A DNA stretch of 64,000 bases. Origin: Eledone cirrhosa. Its lineage: Eukaryota. The notes beneath the pieces are model-generated. The model had not been told where the DNA came from. It ran no database searches and worked only from the letters and a program-made list of their open reading frames with translations. The translations under genes and the position numbers were made by a program. Below are positions 53,119 through 64,000 of this stretch, one piece after another. The stretch lies in contig OZ024763.1 in NCBI GenBank assembly GCA_964016885.1, positions 23,746,001 to 23,810,000 of the forward strand, written 5' to 3'. Positions within the stretch are counted from its first letter, which is position 1. Every line of letters starts with the position of its first letter.

Positions 53119-53999
53119 TCTGGGTCCCTTAACTGCGGTGGTCTCGAGTGCTGGTGTGGATGACCCTGGCTCTGGAGACGATGCAGCCAGGTCAGCTGTC
53201 CCACAATCTTCTCTGCCATCACTAAAAAATTTTTCTGATCTGCTGCTGCCATCTGTATCTCGTCGGCATGTGCGTGCCTTCTCCTTGTTGGTGCAGCACG
53301 CGCGACATCAGCATACTTCTGGAGCGGCTTATTTCGGCTTTGGCTGGGGCATGTTGCGCGAGTATGATGGGCATAGTTCGTTTGAGACCTAGGGTGGGCG
53401 AATCTGCATCCCATCCCTGTCTCTCCATGCCAGCATGTCCCGTTCTTGAAAAACTTGCACATTACTTGGTGTTTTTTGCTCCCAGTGTCTCGGTGCTTTC
53501 TGTTCTTTCTTTGAACAGTTGTCCACTGGTCCCTCTGCGCTTGGTTCTCCTTCGGAAGGTGATTTCGCTTTTCACCTTTGCCCTTAGCTTGTTGGTTGCC
53601 CGGCCTGCCCTCCCTGCCTGTAGCGGAGGGTATATCATTTTCTTTCAGGTCCGTGCTTGTGCTCTCCTCCTTTTCTTTTTCCCTTTCCTTTTCCTCTTCC
53701 TTTTCCCTCTCCTTCTCCTCATCCCTCCCTTCGGTTTTCTCCTCCCTGAGGACACGGCTTAGCATCGCCATATGAGGCGCTATGAGGACATACGCCTTCT
53801 CAATTTCTTTTCTCTTTCTCTCTATCTGTACCAGGGTCCTCATAAACCCATGGCTCTTCAGGTTCTCCGCCATCTTTTTGCTTGGTGGAGACCCATCAGC
53901 CATAGTCCACCCCTTGATCAAAACCGCTAGTTCAATCTTCGACCTGTTTCGCCGACTCCTGATTTCACATTTTTCCCATTTTTCCTGCATGCAGTCCAT
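53037..53999 (-). CDS. LINE ORF1 with charged coiled-coil region and CCCH zinc finger
   Basis: CKFFKNGTCWHGETGMGCRFAH; lies directly upstream of and overlaps ORF2. Confidence 0.75.
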   Translation of the reverse strand: MDCMQEKWEKCEIRSRRNRSKIELAVLIKGWTMADGSPPSKKMAENLKSHGFMRTLVQIERKRKEIEKAYVLIAPHMAMLSRVLREEKTEGRDEEKEREKEEEKEREKEKEESTSTDLKENDIPSATGREGRPGNQQAKGKGEKRNHLPKENQAQRDQWTTVQRKNRKHRDTGSKKHQVMCKFFKNGTCWHGETGMGCRFAHPRSQTNYAHHTRATCPSQSRNKPLQKYADVARAAPTRRRHAHADEIQMAAADQKNFLVMAEKIVGQLTWLHRLQSQGHPHQHSRPPQLRDPEWPPLTPDQVSYRQPLLAPQKSHQCCC

Positions 54000-54890
54000 T
54001 TCGCTGTGGAGGGGAGAAAGAGGGACAGTGGGAGGTGTAGAGTAGAGGTTAGAGAGGGACAGAGTGAGGGAGATAGAGATAGAGATATAACTCCAGCGAG
54101 AGAAAAAGAGAAACAGAAGAAAAGAAAAGAAAAGGGGGAGACAGAAGAGGGGAGCGAGAGAGATAGCGGGAAGAGTGGGGGGGGGGTCAGAGGGAGAGAG
54201 AGAAGATAGATAGAGAGAGAGAGAGAGAGAGCTCGTTGATCTAGAGAGAGGGAGAAAGAGAGCTCGTTGATCGAGAGAGAGAGAGGGAGAGAGAGAGAGA
54301 GAGAGAGAGAGGAAGGAGAGAGATAGAGACAGCGTGAGAGCGTGAGCAACTGCAGTTCATAAATATAAAAATAAATTTTTAAATCTAAATTTAAATTAAT
54401 GAATGGGAGAAACCGGAAACAGAGATATAGAAACACGATGTAAATGTCTGTTTACAAATATACGGAGTTATTGTAATATCAGCATATCATACAAGAAACA
54501 ACGAAATCGGGTCAAATACAGATAAGATTATACAAAATCAAACAAGATTATATCAAATTAAATTATGTTACTCAGAAATATCAAAATTAATACAAAATTG
54601 CTTAAGCTAAACCAAAATGCTCTGTATGAAACAAAAATAGAAAGCACGTGTGTGTGTTGTCTCCCATGAATGAATCATACAGTGAAAATAAACATGTTCA
54701 AAACGGTAATATATGTAAAATATACTTCAAAATAATTGCGTCAAAGCACAAAAACTTATCTTTTTTGTATGTTTTCCTTGTCCTCTGAAGAATTAAAACC
54801 ATACATAAATCCGATTACTGTCGATTTAAAATATTAAAATTTCAAATCCGGAGAGACGACAATCCACGTCTTATACCAACAAGTGCCAAG

Positions 54891-54924
<34 letters not shown>

Positions 54925-54926
<2 letters not shown>

Positions 54927-55585
54927 TAAAATATTAAACAAATAATGAATAAACAATGAAACAGTTCCTTATATTAAACAAAAAAAGTTCATTATTTAAC
55001 GATCGTTTCTAGGATATATATGTGTTAGAATTGGCATGCATATTCAACAGATCTATGTACAAAATTATACAAAATTATACAAACTATCAAGATTAAATAT
55101 ACATACCAACACATATATACGCCGTCTTCAGAAATAATGAAATATATTTATTGATAATAACAACAATTCAAAATTTCAGGTCCGTTTGGGAACAAAATTG
55201 ACCAATGAAAATACAAAAGGTTTAATGCAGTTCGGTGTGTGTATATACATGTAACTACCCTTACACATATTTTACAAAAATATATGCACAACTTGTATAC
55301 GCATACCAAAAGGATGGATGCAAATACAAAATTTCAAGGTTAATGTCTCTGTAAGTTTATAATGCACAGATAAGATGCGTATAGACACATAAATATGAAA
55401 TAAGTGTATACACATAATCTCATACTTACACATATCCGTACAATCACACACACACGCGCGTATATGCATAAACATACACATAACTACGAACATACAAACA
55501 CACACACACCCCCACTCACATGGAATACATTGAGTTCTTCATACGGATTGGACACTACCGTAAACTCTTGGTAGATTTATCTACA
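54925..55585. mobile_element. Family G element: minus-strand pLTR plus plus-strand 3' tip
   Basis: Both ends homologous to 14207-14445. Confidence 0.65.
54988..55141 (-). ncRNA. Type I hammerhead with 10-bp stem I and ~115-nt stem II
   Basis: TTCATTATTT-CTGAAGA-...-GAAA-CGATCG-TT-AAATAATGAA; 12-bp helix inside stem II. Confidence 0.75.
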
Positions 55586-55606
55586 TATATAAATATATAT
55601 ATATGT

Positions 55607-55656
<50 letters not shown>

Positions 55657-55895
55657 ATATATATATATATATACATGTAATATACATGTATATATATATA
55701 TACATGTATATATATATATATATATACATGTAATATACATGTATATATATATATATACATGTATATATATATATATATATATGTATGTATATATATATAT
55801 GTATATATGTATATATATATATGTATATATGTATATATATATATGTATATATATATATGTATATATGTATGTATGTATATATATGTATATATATG

Positions 55896-55958
<63 letters not shown>

Positions 55959-55983
55959 GTATATATATATATACATGTATATG

Positions 55984-56069
<86 letters not shown>

Positions 56070-56269
56070 TATATAGAAGTAAACCCCCCCCCCCCAAAAA
56101 AAAAATCAAAAACAATAACAAAGAGTGCAGTACGAACAGAGTGGTATCAGGTTCAAGCTTGAGAGTGGGGGATGGGGAACGACGTTTCGGTCATAAGCCC
56201 TTCATCGGGAGAAAAGTGTGAAGGAAAAGAGTTCCGAGGGTGTGAGGGGTGGTGGTGGTTATATATAAC

Positions 56270-56619
56270 CAAAGATTAATATGGTTCGTTGATTAATCAA
56301 CGAATACAATATTACAATAGATTAGAAGCACTCAACAGTAGATTTCCCTGGAGTTTTAATATTATTCAAAATGTTAATAAATGAAAAAAAATTCTCATAA
56401 TAAAAATATATATTCTATTATACATATTTCAAAGGTACTATGGTGTTTAAGTACGTTTTCATCAGACAAATTATATGATAATGTAGCGTTTGTCACATAT
56501 CAAATCATATATTTTCTCTGATGAAAACGTACTTAAACACCAGAGTACTTTTGAAATATGTATAATAAAATATAGATTTTGATTATGGGAATATTTTTTT
56601 ATTTATTAACATTTTGAAT

Positions 56620-56622
<3 letters not shown>
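56270..56622. mobile_element. Family A-related fold-back element
   Basis: Arms ~56357-56466 and ~56517-56622; CTGATGA...GAAA. Confidence 0.65.
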
Positions 56623-56682
<60 letters not shown>

Positions 56683-56769
56683 TATATATACATACTATAT
56701 ATATATATATACACATAGAAATATATATACATATATATATATACACATATATATATACATAAGCAAAAG

Positions 56770-57395
56770 GGATATACAATTTATTGGTAATTCAACAAAT
56801 ATAAATGTTTATAACTGATTCTAAGCACTCGACAAGTTTTCTGGAGCATAATATTCAATGATATTAAATATTAAATAAATGGAAACTATATTTATTCTAT
56901 TATATATATTTCAAGGGCACCAAAACTTTGGTACGCTCTCATCAGATAAAATACAAAAGTCTGAAAGTATATACTTTCCTTATGCATATTAACGGCTGTA
57001 TATATATATATACATACATACAGCCGATAATATGCATAAGGAAAGTATATACTTTCAGACGTTCAATCATCTGACAGGAAGGTATACGATGCTGACGATA
57101 GCTAATAAGCTTGAAACTAGTTCATCGTTCCTTTGTCAGTGTTGAACAAAAGGGCAACGATGGTTGCTAAACACTGTACGGCTTAATTCGGGATGTTTTT
57201 TTTACAAACAAACCGAGCATTATAATAAATGTTCGGTAAATCCATACGTACATATATATATGTGTGCATATATGTATATATATATACATACTAATGTACG
57301 TCTGTATACATATATGTATGTACGTATACATACATACTTACACTTAAGTATCAGCCGTACTAAGAGTGAGAAATGAAATTTCGTTTCATTCTTTT
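56770..57395. mobile_element. Family A fragment (minus) fused to a diverged 472-nt family copy (plus)
   Basis: 56770-56960 matches 1090-1280; 57020-57395 matches the 472-nt unit; inverted repeat at 56961-57060. Confidence 0.7.
57086..57128 (+). ncRNA. Type I hammerhead (diverged 472-nt family)
   Basis: ACGATG-CTGACGA-T-AGCT/AGCT-T-GAAA-CTAG-TT-CATCGT; changes versus 5808 all preserve the structure. Confidence 0.85.
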
Positions 57396-58134
57396 CCATA
57401 TATACATACATATATACACATATATATATATACACACATATATATACACACACATATATATATATACATATATATATATATGTATATATCAAGATTGAAC
57501 CAGTATTAAACTAGTCAGACCATTAGCTATGTTAGAGTTGGACACACACTCTCTCACACTCAAACAACACTGATCACAGCCTCTCATCTCATTTAGTCAC
57601 GGCTGATCTCTACACTTGCTACATCAATTAGTTCCGTCTGTCTGTAAAGCCAGTTATCACTTAATTACTCCTAATTATACAGCCGTTAACGTCACCCACC
57701 TCCTCCTACTCTTCCTTCCTACCCCACCTCCTCCCCTTCCTCTTATTGGTTTATCTAGCAATTCGATTCCTCTCCTCCCCCTTCCACTCCCACCCTTACT
57801 CCGCCGCCACTCCTCCCACACAACATTCCCCCACTCCCACCCCGGCCACTGCCACACATACAACTCTGCCCCTCTGCTCCTCTCTCACACTCACACATAC
57901 AACACTCCCCCTCCCACACCCACACATACATATCTCCCCCTCTCCCTCACAGCCACACATACAACTCTCCCACTCTCCCACCTCCACACATACCCCCCCC
58001 ACACAGACTCCCATCCCAACGTATATCAAGGTCATTCCTTAATCCGATTGTCGCAGTCAATTATCGGTTATCGATCAGTATCGGTTAGTGTATAAATATG
58101 TGATCAGTTGATCTCAACATCTGGTTGTCTCTTT

Positions 58135-58603
58135 CACTGTAGGTCTGTGTGTGGCTGTGTGTGTGTGGCTGTGTGTGTGTGGCTGTGTGTGTGGTTGTGT
58201 GTGTGTGTGGCTGTCTGTGTGGTTGTGTGGCTGTGTGTGTGTGGCTGTGTGTGTGGTTGTGTGGCTGTGTGTGTGGCTGTGTGTGTGTGTGGCTGTGTGT
58301 GTGGTTGTGTGTGTGTGGGTGTGTGTGTGATTGTGTGTGTGTGTGTGGCTGTGTATGTGTGTGTGTGGCTGTGTGTGTAGTATGTGTGTGTGTGGGTGTG
58401 TGTGTGTGGCTGTGTGTGTGTGTGGCTGTGTGTGTGTGTGTGGCTGTGTGTGTGTGTGTCTCTTTGACTGTAGGTCTGTGTGTGGGTGTGTCTGTGGGTG
58501 GCTGTGTGTGTGTGTATATATGTGTGTGTGTGTCTGTGTGTCTGTATGTCTGTGTGAGTGTGTCTGTGTGTGGTTGTGTGAGTATGTGTCTCTTTGTGGG
58601 TGT

Positions 58604-58634
<31 letters not shown>

Positions 58635-59365
58635 GCTGTGTATACATGCGTGTCTGCCTGTGTGTGTGTATATCTGTGCGTGTCTGTGTGTGTCTGTCCC
58701 TCTCTCTTTAACTCCCTCTCTCTCTTTCAATGTCTGTCTGTCTGTGTTTATCTCTCTCCCTCCCTCTCTCTCTATATATATATGTGTATGTCTGTCACTC
58801 TCCCTCTCTCTCTATATATATGTATGTCTGTCACTCTCCCTCTCTCTCTATATATATATGTCTGTCATTCTCTCTCTCTCTCTCTATATATATATTATAT
58901 ATATATATATATATATACATACATGTGTGTGTGTGTGTATGTCTGTCTCTCTCCCTCTTTATGTGTGTCTGTGTTTCTCTATCTCTCTGTCTCCCCCCTC
59001 TATATGTGTGTCTCTGTCTCCCCCTCTATATGTGTGTCTGTCTCTCTGTCTCCCCCCTCTATATGTGTGTCTCTGTCTCCCTCTCTATATTTGTGTCTGT
59101 CTCTCTATCTCCCCCTCTATATGTGTGTTTCTGTTTCCCCCTCTATATTTGTGTCTGTCTCTCTGTCTCCCCCCTCTATATGTGTGTCTCTGTCTCCCTC
59201 TCTATATTTGTGTCTGTCTCTCTGTCTCCCCCCTCTATATGTGTGTCTCTGTTTCCCCCTCTATATTTGTGTCTGTCTCTCTGTCTCCCCCTCTATATGT
59301 GTGTCTCTGTCTCCACCTCTATATTTGTGTCTGTCTCTCTATCTCCCCCTCTATATGTGTGTCTG
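58135..59365. repeat. (GT)n/GGCTGT field followed by a CT-rich ~60-bp minisatellite
   Basis: Direct. Confidence 0.9.
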
Positions 59366-59412
59366 TGACTCTGTCTCCGCCAGTCAAATTGTGTATATAT
59401 TTTGGACACACA

Positions 59413-59460
<48 letters not shown>

Positions 59461-59792
59461 AACAACAAACAGCGGAGGACGCGTTTCGCACCTTTCCGAC
59501 AGACAACCTTTTCCCCACACCGGAAAAAACACCCAGTTGATGGATGTGAATCCGAAATATATAGGGACAATTAAATCTCTCCCAAGGTAACTCTCTCTCG
59601 TGTTGTTATTTTTATTTTATCCTTTATACTCTTTCCTTCATTCTTCTACACATCTCATACACACCACGTATCTCAACGTACACCCACTTACATCTCTCTC
59701 TCCACCACCGGATCTTGTTACCCGAGGCTTCCAAACGACTTAAAGATATTTACTTATTATTCCACAATGCTTCAAGCAAACTTCAATACTCT

Positions 59793-59863
<71 letters not shown>

Positions 59864-60036
59864 CTGATGTCCCCCTTCCATACACATGCACATGTGTATA
59901 TCATGACTTACGCTCTGTTCATTTTCCTGATGTTTGGACATTACCCTATGTACTATACATACACTTTTGATGAGTTGTAGTGCACCTGAGCACTGTACAC
60001 AATATTTTCATGATTATTATATTATATATATATAAG

Positions 60037-60216
60037 GGCGGTGGATTGGCAGTATCGGTAGAGGGTCGGACGCCATGTTTTGAAGCATAGAGTTATGATC
60101 TGAGTTCAAATCCCGCCGAGGTTAACTTTGCCTTTCATCCTTACGGGGTCGATAAAATAAAGTACCAGTAATGCACTGGGATATTTGCTGGCCTTGTGCC
60201 AAAGTAGAAACAATTA
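60037..60216 (+). mobile_element. OK-type SINE
   Basis: Same family as 26041-26230; diverged or partial copies also at 60816-60965 and 63132-63240. Confidence 0.8.
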
Positions 60217-60245
60217 TATTATATATATATATATGTGTGTGTGCG

Positions 60246-60282
<37 letters not shown>

Positions 60283-61077
60283 ATATAGAGAGAGAGACAG
60301 ACATATACACACATCTATATAATCGCCCACGGCATAAACGATATACTTAACGCTTCCTTCATTTTAATATGGCTAAACACGAACTTAACTGTTGTTTTTC
60401 ATGGCGGAGGGCGCCTCTGCGTCATATACTCAGGGATTAGCACTATGTCATCAATGTCTGTTCCACTGATTAATCACTGTTTTTATTGGCTAACATCTAC
60501 TGTTAATATTTATGGTGAAATATCTCATATATTATCAATCTACGCTGCAAATATCTGCTCTATTATCCTTAATTTAATGACAATATCAGCTCTATTAACC
60601 ATATTTCGGGGCCAACGACGAAAGTTTATTGACAGCAATATCGCTCTATTAGATATTTCCTTTGACAACCTCGTCTGATCTAGTGGCTGTGATAATAAAT
60701 ATGACAGAAATGTGACACTCTAGTTGATAGAACTAAATTGGTGATATATCTATTTAGAGGAGTGAATTAGGGTGGCCTATCTTAATACCTGGTGTGTTAA
60801 TAAACTAATAAATAAGGCGGACAAATTGGCGGTGAATTTGGCAGAGATGTTACAGCGTTAGATATTTGTTCCGCGTCTCTGCATTCTGAGTTCAAACCCA
60901 GTCAAGTTCCAGTTTGTTTTTCAATCTTTTCGAGAGTCGATAAAGAAAGTACCAGCCCAGTGCTGGTTCAGGCCTTCTCTCTCCCTCCAGCTCACACACC
61001 CTGGATGTTATGCTAGATCAAGTGACTGAGGTGGAGAAGGCATATGTACACACACACACACACGTGTAATTTCTCAT

Positions 61078-61113
61078 TCTTCTGATGAAGGACTAACGTC
61101 CGAAACGTTAAGA
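61078..61113 (+). ncRNA. Minimal type I hammerhead
   Basis: TCTT-CTGATGA-A-GGAC/GTCC-GAAA-CG-TT-AAGA. Confidence 0.75.
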
Positions 61114-61198
61114 CCCTCTTCCTGCTATTTTAAGCGTTAACCTAATATATCCCTTCCATATACTTTACCGATTGTGTTGTTGTTTCTGTTTACCTTTT

Positions 61199-61271
<73 letters not shown>

Positions 61272-61812
61272 ACAAACGTTATCAAACAGCATTTGTTAAC
61301 AACAACAACAACAACACCACCACCACCACCACCAACACCACCACCACCAACACCACCAACAACAACACCACAACACCAACACCACCACAACACCAACAAC
61401 ACACAACACCAACACGACACCAACAACAACAACACCACCAACAACAACATACACATAAACATGTCTACATTTTTTTACATGAAATGACAGGATAAATATT
61501 CTGTTTTGTATTGAGAAACACATAGAGTGGAGTGAAGACAGTTGGAGTGCAGTGTGGAGAGGGGTGGGTGAGTGAGAGACAGAGAGAGGGAGGGAGGGGT
61601 GGGTGAGTGAGACAGAGAGAGGGAGGGGTGGGTGAGTGAGAGACAGAGAGGGGTAGCGAGGGGTGGGTGAGTGAGAGACAGAGAGGGGGAGGGAGGGTGG
61701 GTGAGTGAGAGGCAGAGAGGGGGAGGGAGGGGTGGGTGAGTAAGAGACAAATAGAGGGAGGGAGGGGTGGATGAGTGAGAGACAGAGAGAGGGAGGAAAG
61801 ATAAGAGAGAAG

Positions 61813-61843
<31 letters not shown>

Positions 61844-62221
61844 GCTGGTTAGAGAGGAGGAAGAAGTTGGAGAGGGAGAGAGAAAGAGGAAAGAGAAAGA
61901 GGGAGAAAGGAGGAGAGAGAAAAAGACAGAGGAAGGAGGATAGAGAGAAAGAGGGAGGGAGGAGGAGAGAGAGAAAGAGGGAGGGGGAATGGGAGGGGGA
62001 TAGAAAGAGGGGCAGGAGAGAGAAATAGTGTGGGGAGGGGGGGAGATGGGGGGGGGGGAGAGAGACAGGCAGAAAGAAAGGTGGAGAGAAAGAGAGAGAG
62101 AGATATGGAAAGAGAGAGGAGGAGAGAGAGAGGGGGAAAGACTGAGAAAGAACAGTGACTTGTAAAACAGACAAACATACAACATTGTTAAACTATCTCT
62201 GATTGCAGATGGTCAGTATAA

Positions 62222-62259
<38 letters not shown>

Positions 62260-62356
62260 CACACACATATTTATATATATATATATACATGTATACACAC
62301 ACACACACATTTATATATAGACATACATGCACACACACATATATACACACATCCAT

Positions 62357-62425
<69 letters not shown>

Positions 62426-62475
62426 AACACACGCGCACACATACATTTATATATATATACACACATACACACACT

Positions 62476-62517
<42 letters not shown>

Positions 62518-62590
62518 CGCACTATCTCACGCTTGCGCTCTTCCTCTGTTTCTCTTTTATCTATATCTAATATAGGTTAAGGAGAATTGC

Positions 62591-62630
<40 letters not shown>

Positions 62631-62709
62631 TATATTTAGATACATATATACTATATATATATATATATTATATATATATACATATATATAGATACATATA
62701 TATAGATAC

Positions 62710-62740
<31 letters not shown>

Positions 62741-63025
62741 CATGTAGATACATATATATATAGATACATATATATATATATACATGTAGATACATATATA
62801 TATAGATACATATATATATAGATACATATATATACATATATATAGATACATATATATATAGATACATATATATACATATATATAGATACATATATATATA
62901 CATATATATATACATACATATATACATATATATATACATACATACATATATATATACATACATATATACATATATATATACATACATATTCATATATATA
63001 TACATACATATATATGTACATATAC

Positions 63026-63098
<73 letters not shown>

Positions 63099-63518
63099 GA
63101 TATAAATAGATACACAGATAAGTACATATCATTATTCGGGGTCAATAAAATAAAGGACCAGTAATGACACTGGGGTCGATTTAATCGACTGGCCGTCCCC
63201 CCAAAATTGCTCCTTGTGCCTATAGTAGAAACTATTATTATTATTATGACAGGCTGAATGGGTTGGGATAAACAACTGAACGAAACTTAAGTTCCTGTGT
63301 ATGTTGGAACTTATTATACACACACACAGGCGTATATGTATATATAGAGAGAGGGGGGGGGGGAGAAGAGAAAGTGAGAGAAAGAGAGAAAGAGAGAAAG
63401 AGAGAAAGAGAATGAGAGAAAGAGAATTAGAGAAAGAGAATGAGAGAAAGAGAGAGAGAGAAAGAGAGAGAGAGAAAGAGAAAGAGAGAGAGAGAGAGAG
63501 AAAGAGAAAGAGAGAGAA

Positions 63519-63565
<47 letters not shown>

Positions 63566-63587
63566 AAGAGAGAGAGAGAAAGAGAGA

Positions 63588-63880
63588 AACACAGGCATAA
63601 AGGTGAGAGAGAGAGAGACACAGGCATAAAGGGTGAGAGAGAGAGACACACAGGCATAAAGGTGAGAGAGAGAGACACACAGGCATAAAGGTGAGAGAGA
63701 GAGACACACAGGCATAAAGGTGAGAGAGAGAGACACAGGCATAAAGGTGAGAGAGAGAGACACAGGCATAAAGGTGAGAGAGAGAGACACACAGGCATAA
63801 AGGTGAGAGAGAGAGACACACAGGCATAAAGGTGAGAGAGAGAGACACAGGCATAAAGAGAGAGAGAGAGAGACAGGCAT

Positions 63881-63915
<35 letters not shown>

Positions 63916-63918
63916 CAT

Positions 63919-63953
<35 letters not shown>

Positions 63954-63956
63954 CAT

Positions 63957-63991
<35 letters not shown>

Positions 63992-64000
63992 CATAAAGAG
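63588..64000. repeat. ~28-30 bp minisatellite ACAGGCATAAAGGT(GA)n
   Basis: More than 12 tandem copies. Confidence 0.95.

Larger units (their letters stand above)
50002..54892 (-). mobile_element. Probable full-length CR1/L2-group LINE embedded in (AT)n
   Basis: ~0.9-kb 5' region, ORF1, overlapping ORF2, short 3' UTR with stem-loop and (TAAAAGAG)n tail. Confidence 0.85.

Noticed and set aside
50197-53775. Plus-strand ORFs opposite the LINE
   Set aside because: Antisense shadows of ORF1/ORF2
59533-59568. Hammerhead-like CAGTTGA..GAAA (also 56168-56212, 3181 and 31466-31510)
   Set aside because: Core substitutions or missing stem I; at best decayed copies

Overview
Eukaryotic, repeat-saturated, apparently gene-free region. 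It is most likely from an octopod cephalopod, judging by the OK-type and CORE-like tRNA SINEs and the extreme (AT)n/(AG)n/(GT)n load. Almost all ORFs in the track (YIYI.., SLSL.., CVCV..) are microsatellite artefacts. Real coding sequence is all retroelement-derived: one apparently full-length, uninterrupted CR1/L2-group LINE (ORF1 with a CCCH finger, plus APE-RT ORF2), four Penelope-like element (PLE) copies with RT and/or GIY-YIG, and 3' fragments of a CR1-group and an RTE-group LINE. A ~2 kb block is duplicated across an N-gap. The main hidden structure is non-coding. The short islands between (AT)n tracts are mostly non-autonomous PLE-type or retrozyme-like elements. They carry about 20 foldable type I hammerhead ribozymes from at least 8 unrelated families, including U3:A8 core variants, long stem-II forms, and 472-nt and 317-nt tandem units. 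Many are arranged as fold-backs with both 3' ends facing (AT)n, and many share a short RTYGAGYDC motif 45-70 nt from the 3' end. All structures were folded by eye; nothing was computed or database-searched.
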